Source: Escherichia phage Ec_Makalu_003. Taken from it: DNA of 64,000 nt. The stretch lies in the sequence record MN882349.1, one strand, 5' to 3'. A program made the position numbers and the translations under genes. Positions 58,770 to 64,000 of the stretch are shown piece by piece. The notes below the pieces were generated by a model that made no database searches, had not been told where the DNA came from, and saw nothing but the letters and a program-made list of their open reading frames with translations. The stretch's first letter is position 1. Each line of letters begins with the position of its first letter.

Positions 58770-60338
58770 ATGATGTTTAGTAGATTAAAAATGCTTGCGC
58801 GTTGGGCTGATTTTGACAACGACAAATACGAAGAACAAATTAAAGATAAAGCAGAGTCTATCGCCGCACCTAAAAACAATGATGGTGCTACGGAAGTAGA
58901 AATTAACGATAATTCACCTGCTAGCTCGTGGAACTCTCTTACCCAGCAATTTTACAGCACCGACCAGAAAATCAGCACAACTAAGCAATTAGTTAACACA
59001 TATCGCGGTTTGATGAATAACCATGAAGTCGAAAACGCTGTACAAAATATCGTTAACGATGCGATTGTATTTGAAGAAGGTCATGAAGTTGTTTCATTAA
59101 ATCTTGAGGCGACTGGCTTTAGTGAATCTGTAAAAGAGCGCATTCATGAAGAATTTAAAGATCTTTTAAACACTATCCAGTTTGATAGGCGCGGTCAGGA
59201 TATGTTCCGTCGCTGGTATGTCGATTCGCGTATTTTCTTCCATAAAATCATCGGCAAAAATCCAAAAGATGGTATCATAGAATTACGCCAGCTTGATCCA
59301 CGAAATCTTGAATATGTTCGCGAGATCATTACAGAAGACACACCGGAAGGTAAAATTTATAAAGCAACGAAAGAATATTTCATTTACACTGTAGGTAATA
59401 GCTCTTATTGCGCAGGTGGTCAAGTATTCTCTCCTAACAGTCGCGTTAAAATCCCGCGTAGTGCTATTACATACGCTCACAGCGGCTTGATGGATTGCGA
59501 TGATAAATATATCATTGGTTATTTGCATCGGGCTGTTAAGCCAGCAAACCAGCTTAAATTGTTGGAAGACGCGATGGTCGTTTATCGTATCACGCGTGCA
59601 CCGGAACGCCGAGTGTTCTTTATTGATACCGGAAACATGAACAACCGCAAGGCTGCACAGCACATGAACTCAGTGGCACAGTCTTTTAAAAACCGCGTTG
59701 TTTATGATGCATCGACTGGTAAACTTAAAAACCAGCAAGCAAATCTATCAATGACAGAGGACTACTGGTTACAGCGTCGAGATGGTAAAGCAATAACCGA
59801 CGTTACTACTTTACCTGGTGCATCCGGTATGAGTGATATCGATGATATTCGCTACTTTAACCGTAAATTGTATGAAGCGTTGCGTGTACCATTGTCACGC
59901 AGTAATCTCTCCGATGCTAATATGGTGATCGGTGGTGACGGTTCAGAAATTACTCGCGATGAGTTGGAATTTTCGAAATTCATTAGAACTCTGCAATCAC
60001 AGTTTTCGGAAGTATTGCGCGATCCTCTGAAATATAATCTGATTCTCAAAAATGTAATTACTGAAGATGATTGGGATCGTGAAATAAATAATATCAAGGT
60101 GGTTTTCCATCGGGACTCTTATTATACAGAAGTTAAAGACGCGGAAATTTTAGAACGTCGAATCGGTCTAATCGAACGTATTACACCTTACATTGGTAAA
60201 TATTTCTCTAACCAGACAGTGATGCGTGACATTCTGAAATATACCGATGACCAGATGGACACCGAGAAGAAACAGATCGAAGAAGAAGCGAACGATCCGC
60301 GCTTTAAACAAACTCCCGATGAAATAGAGGATTTTTAA
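58770..60338 (+). CDS. 20: portal vertex protein gp20
   Basis: 522 aa; canonical position. Confidence 0.9.
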   Translation: MMFSRLKMLARWADFDNDKYEEQIKDKAESIAAPKNNDGATEVEINDNSPASSWNSLTQQFYSTDQKISTTKQLVNTYRGLMNNHEVENAVQNIVNDAIVFEEGHEVVSLNLEATGFSESVKERIHEEFKDLLNTIQFDRRGQDMFRRWYVDSRIFFHKIIGKNPKDGIIELRQLDPRNLEYVREIITEDTPEGKIYKATKEYFIYTVGNSSYCAGGQVFSPNSRVKIPRSAITYAHSGLMDCDDKYIIGYLHRAVKPANQLKLLEDAMVVYRITRAPERRVFFIDTGNMNNRKAAQHMNSVAQSFKNRVVYDASTGKLKNQQANLSMTEDYWLQRRDGKAITDVTTLPGASGMSDIDDIRYFNRKLYEALRVPLSRSNLSDANMVIGGDGSEITRDELEFSKFIRTLQSQFSEVLRDPLKYNLILKNVITEDDWDREINNIKVVFHRDSYYTEVKDAEILERRIGLIERITPYIGKYFSNQTVMRDILKYTDDQMDTEKKQIEEEANDPRFKQTPDEIEDF

Positions 60339-60578
60339 ATGAAACAATTTATCGAAGCAATTAAAACTCGCGATCTAACGCTGATCGAAAAAGAATTTGA
60401 TAAGATCATGGAGGCTAAAAAAGCCCAGATCATCGAATCCCAGCGTGTCGAAATCGCATCCAGTATCATGATCGAAGGTGAAGAAGAAAAAGACCGCGAT
60501 GATGAAGAAGATATGGAAGATGAGGACGACGAAGACGAAGATCGCAAAGACGATAAAAAAGACAAAGAAGACGAATAA
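60339..60578 (+). CDS. 67: prohead core protein gp67
   Basis: 79 aa; highly acidic D/E tract. Confidence 0.75.
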   Translation: MKQFIEAIKTRDLTLIEKEFDKIMEAKKAQIIESQRVEIASSIMIEGEEEKDRDDEEDMEDEDDEDEDRKDDKKDKEDE

Positions 60579-60590
60579 TAGGAAGCCAAC

Positions 60591-60998
60591 ATGATTAAAG
60601 ATTTTACTCCTAAAGCTGACTTAGAAACTTTTCTGCCGGAAGCACAGGAAAAATTGGACATGTTGGCTATGTTTGAGTCAGAAGAACTGTTGAAAATCGT
60701 TGAAGGTATCGCCGAAGATGAGCCAGAATTGGCTGTAGCAATGTTGTCTATTATCGACGGAATTACTGTAAACGAAGCAATGGTTAAACATGTAAACGCA
60801 CGCGGGGAAGTTGCACGCAAGAAAGATCGCAAAACCCGTGAGCGTAATGCTTACATGACTACTGGCCTAAGCAAAGCTAAACGCCGTCAAATTGCCCGTC
60901 GTGCTGCAAAAACCAAACGCGCAAATCCATCTATCGAACGTCATGCGGAACGTAAGCGCAAAAAAGCAATGCGTAAACGTAAGGCGTTAGGATTATAA
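60591..60998 (+). CDS. 68: prohead core protein gp68
   Basis: 135 aa; basic C-terminus. Confidence 0.75.
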   Translation: MIKDFTPKADLETFLPEAQEKLDMLAMFESEELLKIVEGIAEDEPELAVAMLSIIDGITVNEAMVKHVNARGEVARKKDRKTRERNAYMTTGLSKAKRRQIARRAAKTKRANPSIERHAERKRKKAMRKRKALGL

Positions 60999-61009
60999 CA
61001 GGAAACAAC

Positions 61010-61705
61010 ATGGAAAAGAACGAATTACTGATCGAACAATGGGGCGTTCCTTGTGCTCGCGGTAGTTCGTCATTGCTTGAATCATTTGATGATAAGGCTA
61101 CAGGAAATCTCTATATTCAAGGGATTTTCCTGCAAGCCGAAACGGTAAACCGCAATAAACGCTGGTATCCTCGCAGTGTTCTAGAAAATGCGGTTACTAA
61201 ATACATACATGAACAAGTTGAGACACATCAAGCTCTAGGCGAACTTAATCACCCAGCAAGAGCAATGCCAGATCCATCTAATGCTTGCATCATAATTGAA
61301 AAATTATGGTGGGAAGGTAATAACGTGATGGGTAAAGCCCGTGTTATTGAAGGGGATAAAGGCGCAGGTGATAAACTTGCTGCACTGATTCGCGCTGGCT
61401 GGATTCCTGGCGTTTCCTCCCGTGGGTTGGGTCGGTTGAAAGACTCTGGTCGCGGATACAATATTGTACAGGAAGGTTTTGTGTTGACGGTTGGTGTTGA
61501 TGTTGTTTGGGGTCCAAGCGCACCAGATGCGTGGGTAACTCCTGTGGTTGAGTCAACGGATAGCGATTCTAGCGCGTCAGACGCACCAGAAAGTGATAAA
61601 ACCGAAAAAGTGACTAACCCTACAGCCTCACAACAAAACATCGTAGAATTGAATAATAGCGCGTTTATGGCGCTCGCAGAAGCGTTATCTAAACGTTATA
61701 AATAA
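61010..61705 (+). CDS. 21: prohead core scaffold protein and protease gp21
   Basis: 231 aa; 'ALGELNHP' and 'IRAGWIPGVSSRGLG' motifs. Confidence 0.9.
   Translation: MEKNELLIEQWGVPCARGSSSLLESFDDKATGNLYIQGIFLQAETVNRNKRWYPRSVLENAVTKYIHEQVETHQALGELNHPARAMPDPSNACIIIEKLWWEGNNVMGKARVIEGDKGAGDKLAALIRAGWIPGVSSRGLGRLKDSGRGYNIVQEGFVLTVGVDVVWGPSAPDAWVTPVVESTDSDSSASDAPESDKTEKVTNPTASQQNIVELNNSAFMALAEALSKRYK
61697..61704 (+). promoter_or_regulatory. late promoter (TATAAATA) for gene 22
   Basis: exact TATAAATA about 33 nt upstream of the gene 22 ATG. Confidence 0.55.
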
Positions 61706-61736
61706 TAACGTCGTTATCAACAAGAAGGTTATAACC

Positions 61737-62531
61737 ATGCTTAAAGAAATGCTGCTCGAAGAAGCAAAACAGATCACCGTAGACGTTGCTCTCGATGACC
61801 TGTTTGAATCCGTCGAACTGTCGCCGGAAGTAAAAGAAAATTTTGGTACTATCTACGCTCAGGCGGTAAAAGCTAATGCTGTTGCTCTGGCAGAAAGCCA
61901 CATTGAAAAAATCGCCGCTAAAGCCGATGAACTGGTAGAATCAAAGGTCGAAGAAGCACGTACCGAGATTGAAACCAAACTATACGAAGATGCAGATAAA
62001 TTCCTGAATCACTTAGGCGCTAAATGGCTGGCAGAAAATAAAGAAGCCGTCACCCGTAATATTAAAGCGGATCTGTGCGAATCCCTGATTGGTTCTCTGA
62101 AAGATGTTTTCGTTACTCACAATGTTGTAGTACCGGAAGAATCTGTAGACGTTGTTGCTGAACTTGACGAAGCACTCAAAGAAGAAAAAGAAAAAACCTC
62201 TGAACTCTTTGATGCCAAACTGCAACTTGAAAGCGAAATTCGTGGCATGAAGCGCGAACAAGCGATCAATGAAAGCACTCGTGATCTTTCCGATACTCAG
62301 AAAGAAAAAGTAACCGCGCTGATTGAAGGTCTGGAATATAGCGAAACTTTCGATAAGAAATTAACTGCAATTGTCGAAATGGTTGCTAAGAAAGAAGACA
62401 AACCAGCGAAGATTGAAGAATCACTAAATACTGATGCCGACAAGCTGAATGTTATTGCAGAAGCTGTCGAAGAATCAGAGAAAAAGGCAACTGTAGATTC
62501 CGGCGTATCCCGCTACCTGAATTTCATCTAA
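61737..62531 (+). CDS. 22: prohead core scaffold protein gp22
   Basis: 264 aa; acidic, helical. Confidence 0.85.
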   Translation: MLKEMLLEEAKQITVDVALDDLFESVELSPEVKENFGTIYAQAVKANAVALAESHIEKIAAKADELVESKVEEARTEIETKLYEDADKFLNHLGAKWLAENKEAVTRNIKADLCESLIGSLKDVFVTHNVVVPEESVDVVAELDEALKEEKEKTSELFDAKLQLESEIRGMKREQAINESTRDLSDTQKEKVTALIEGLEYSETFDKKLTAIVEMVAKKEDKPAKIEESLNTDADKLNVIAEAVEESEKKATVDSGVSRYLNFI

Positions 62532-62549
62532 TGTAATTCAAATCTACTT

Positions 62550-62557
62550 TATAAATA
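62550..62557 (+). promoter_or_regulatory. late promoter (TATAAATA) for gene 23
   Basis: exact TATAAATA about 34 nt upstream of the gene 23 ATG. Confidence 0.65.
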
Positions 62558-62590
62558 CTTTAGGTTAACAACAAACAAGGTTTAAAGAAC

Positions 62591-64000
62591 ATGAAAACTA
62601 CCAAAGAACTGATGGAAAAATGGTCCCCGCTGCTGGAGAACGAAAAACTGCCGGAAATCGCAACTGCGTCTAAGCAGAAACTGGTTGCTAAAATTCTGGA
62701 ATCTCAGGAAGCGGATTTTGCTGTAGACCCGATCTATAAGGATGAAAAAGTTGTTGAAGCATTCGGTGGCTTTATCGCAGAAGCCGAAGTTGCTGGCGAC
62801 CACGGTTATGATGCATCTCACATCGCGGCTGGTCAGACTACTGGCGCAATCACTAACGTAGGTCCGGCTGTTATCGGTATGGTTCGCCGTGCTATCCCTA
62901 ACCTGATCGCATTTGATATTTGTGGCGTTCAGCCGATGAGCACTCCGACTAGCCAGATCTTTGCAATCCGTTCTGTATATGGTGCTGATCCGCTGAAATC
63001 CGGTGCTCGCGAAGCATTCCATCCGATGTATGCACCTGATGCGTTCCATAGCTCTCTTGCTGCTAAAGGTGCAACGACTGTTTCTCCTACTGGTACTGCA
63101 TTCGCTAAACTAACTCTCAGTACTCCGATTGAAGCAGGTGATATTGTACACCACACATTCGCAGAAACTGGCATTGCATATCTGCAAAACGTAACCGCAG
63201 GACAAGTAACCCCGACTCAAGCTGGCAGCGAGTCAGATGATGAAGTTGTCATGAAGCTGATGGAAGAAGGTAAACTGGCTGAAATCGCTTTCGGTATGGC
63301 GACTTCCATTGCCGAAATTCAGGAAGGCTTTAACGGTTCCAGCAATAACCCGTGGGCTGAAATGTCAATGCGTATTGACAAACAGGTTGTTGAAGCGAAA
63401 TCTCGCCAACTGAAAGCCCGTTACTCTATCGAAGTTGCGCAGGATCTGCGTGCTGTACACGGTATGGATGCTGACGCTGAACTGAATGCTATCCTGGCTA
63501 ACGAAGTTCTGCTGGAAATCAACCGTGAAATCGTTGACGTTATCAACTTTACCGCACAGGTTGGTAAGACTGGTATGACTCAGACCGTTGGTTCTAAAGC
63601 TGGTGTATTTGACCTGCAAGACCCGATCGATACTCGCGGTGCTCGTTGGGCTGGTGAATCCTTCAAATCTCTGATCTACCAGATCGACAAAGAAGCTGCT
63701 GAAATCGCTCGTCAGACTGGTCGCGGTGCTGGTAACTTTGTTATCGCTTCCCGTAACGTTGTAAACATTCTGGCTTCTGCTGATCAGGGTATTAGTCTTG
63801 CTATGCAGGGTGCTGCAAAAGGTCTGAATACCGACACCACTAAAGCTGTTTTCGCTGGTGTTCTGGCTGGTAAGTACAAAGTATTCATCGACCAGTATGC
63901 TCGTCAGGACTACTTCACCGTAGGTTACAAAGGCGACAACGAAATGGATGCTGGTATCTACTATGCTCCGTATGTTGCTCTGACTCCGCTGCGTGCAACT
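62591..64000 (+). CDS. 23: major capsid protein gp23 (5' partial, continues past window end)
   Basis: Not in the ORF track because no stop is reached; translation reads 'MKTTKELMEKWSPLLENEKLPEIA..GPAVIGMVRRAIPNLIAFDICGVQPM..'; strongly biased codon usage. Confidence 0.95.
   Translation, partial: MKTTKELMEKWSPLLENEKLPEIATASKQKLVAKILESQEADFAVDPIYKDEKVVEAFGGFIAEAEVAGDHGYDASHIAAGQTTGAITNVGPAVIGMVRRAIPNLIAFDICGVQPMSTPTSQIFAIRSVYGADPLKSGAREAFHPMYAPDAFHSSLAAKGATTVSPTGTAFAKLTLSTPIEAGDIVHHTFAETGIAYLQNVTAGQVTPTQAGSESDDEVVMKLMEEGKLAEIAFGMATSIAEIQEGFNGSSNNPWAEMSMRIDKQVVEAKSRQLKARYSIEVAQDLRAVHGMDADAELNAILANEVLLEINREIVDVINFTAQVGKTGMTQTVGSKAGVFDLQDPIDTRGARWAGESFKSLIYQIDKEAAEIARQTGRGAGNFVIASRNVVNILASADQGISLAMQGAAKGLNTDTTKAVFAGVLAGKYKVFIDQYARQDYFTVGYKGDNEMDAGIYYAPYVALTPLRAT

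Noticed and set aside
60335-60832. 165-aa Ser-rich minus-strand ORF
   Set aside because: It is the antisense reading of the acidic gp67/gp68 region in the middle of the late operon; no promoter or RBS.

Overview
This window is a contiguous segment of a T4-type myovirus genome; all calls rest on reading the sequence and ORF track, with no database search run. From about 0.3 to 30.5 kb the minus strand carries densely packed early/middle genes (nrdG, nrdD, endonuclease VII, nrdC, dam, tk, a GrcA-like glycyl-radical cofactor, an M15 endolysin, acb1/57B, 57A, genes 1-3-2-4) among many small ORFs of unknown function. Sixteen of these are preceded by a conserved sigma70-type promoter + stem-loop + RBS cassette. 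From about 32.3 kb to the window end the plus strand carries the late structural module in canonical T4 order (53, 5, 5.4, 6-12, wac, 13-16, 17, 18, 19, 20, 67, 68, 21, 22, and 23 running off the end). Departures from the T4 backbone are: a LAGLIDADG intein in the terminase large-subunit P-loop; an HNH-AP2 homing endonuclease between gene 5 and 5.4; a promoter- and terminator-bounded three-gene cassette with an amino-methyltransferase between genes 8 and 9; a glycine-rich protein; macro-domain and nucleotidyltransferase-fold proteins; a secreted lytic transglycosylase; and arrays of membrane micro-proteins. No rRNA, CRISPR array or convincing tRNA was found. I cannot single out one element as a confirmed new system; the cassette at 42.1-43.6 kb and the nucleotidyltransferase/macro-domain genes are the best candidates for follow-up.
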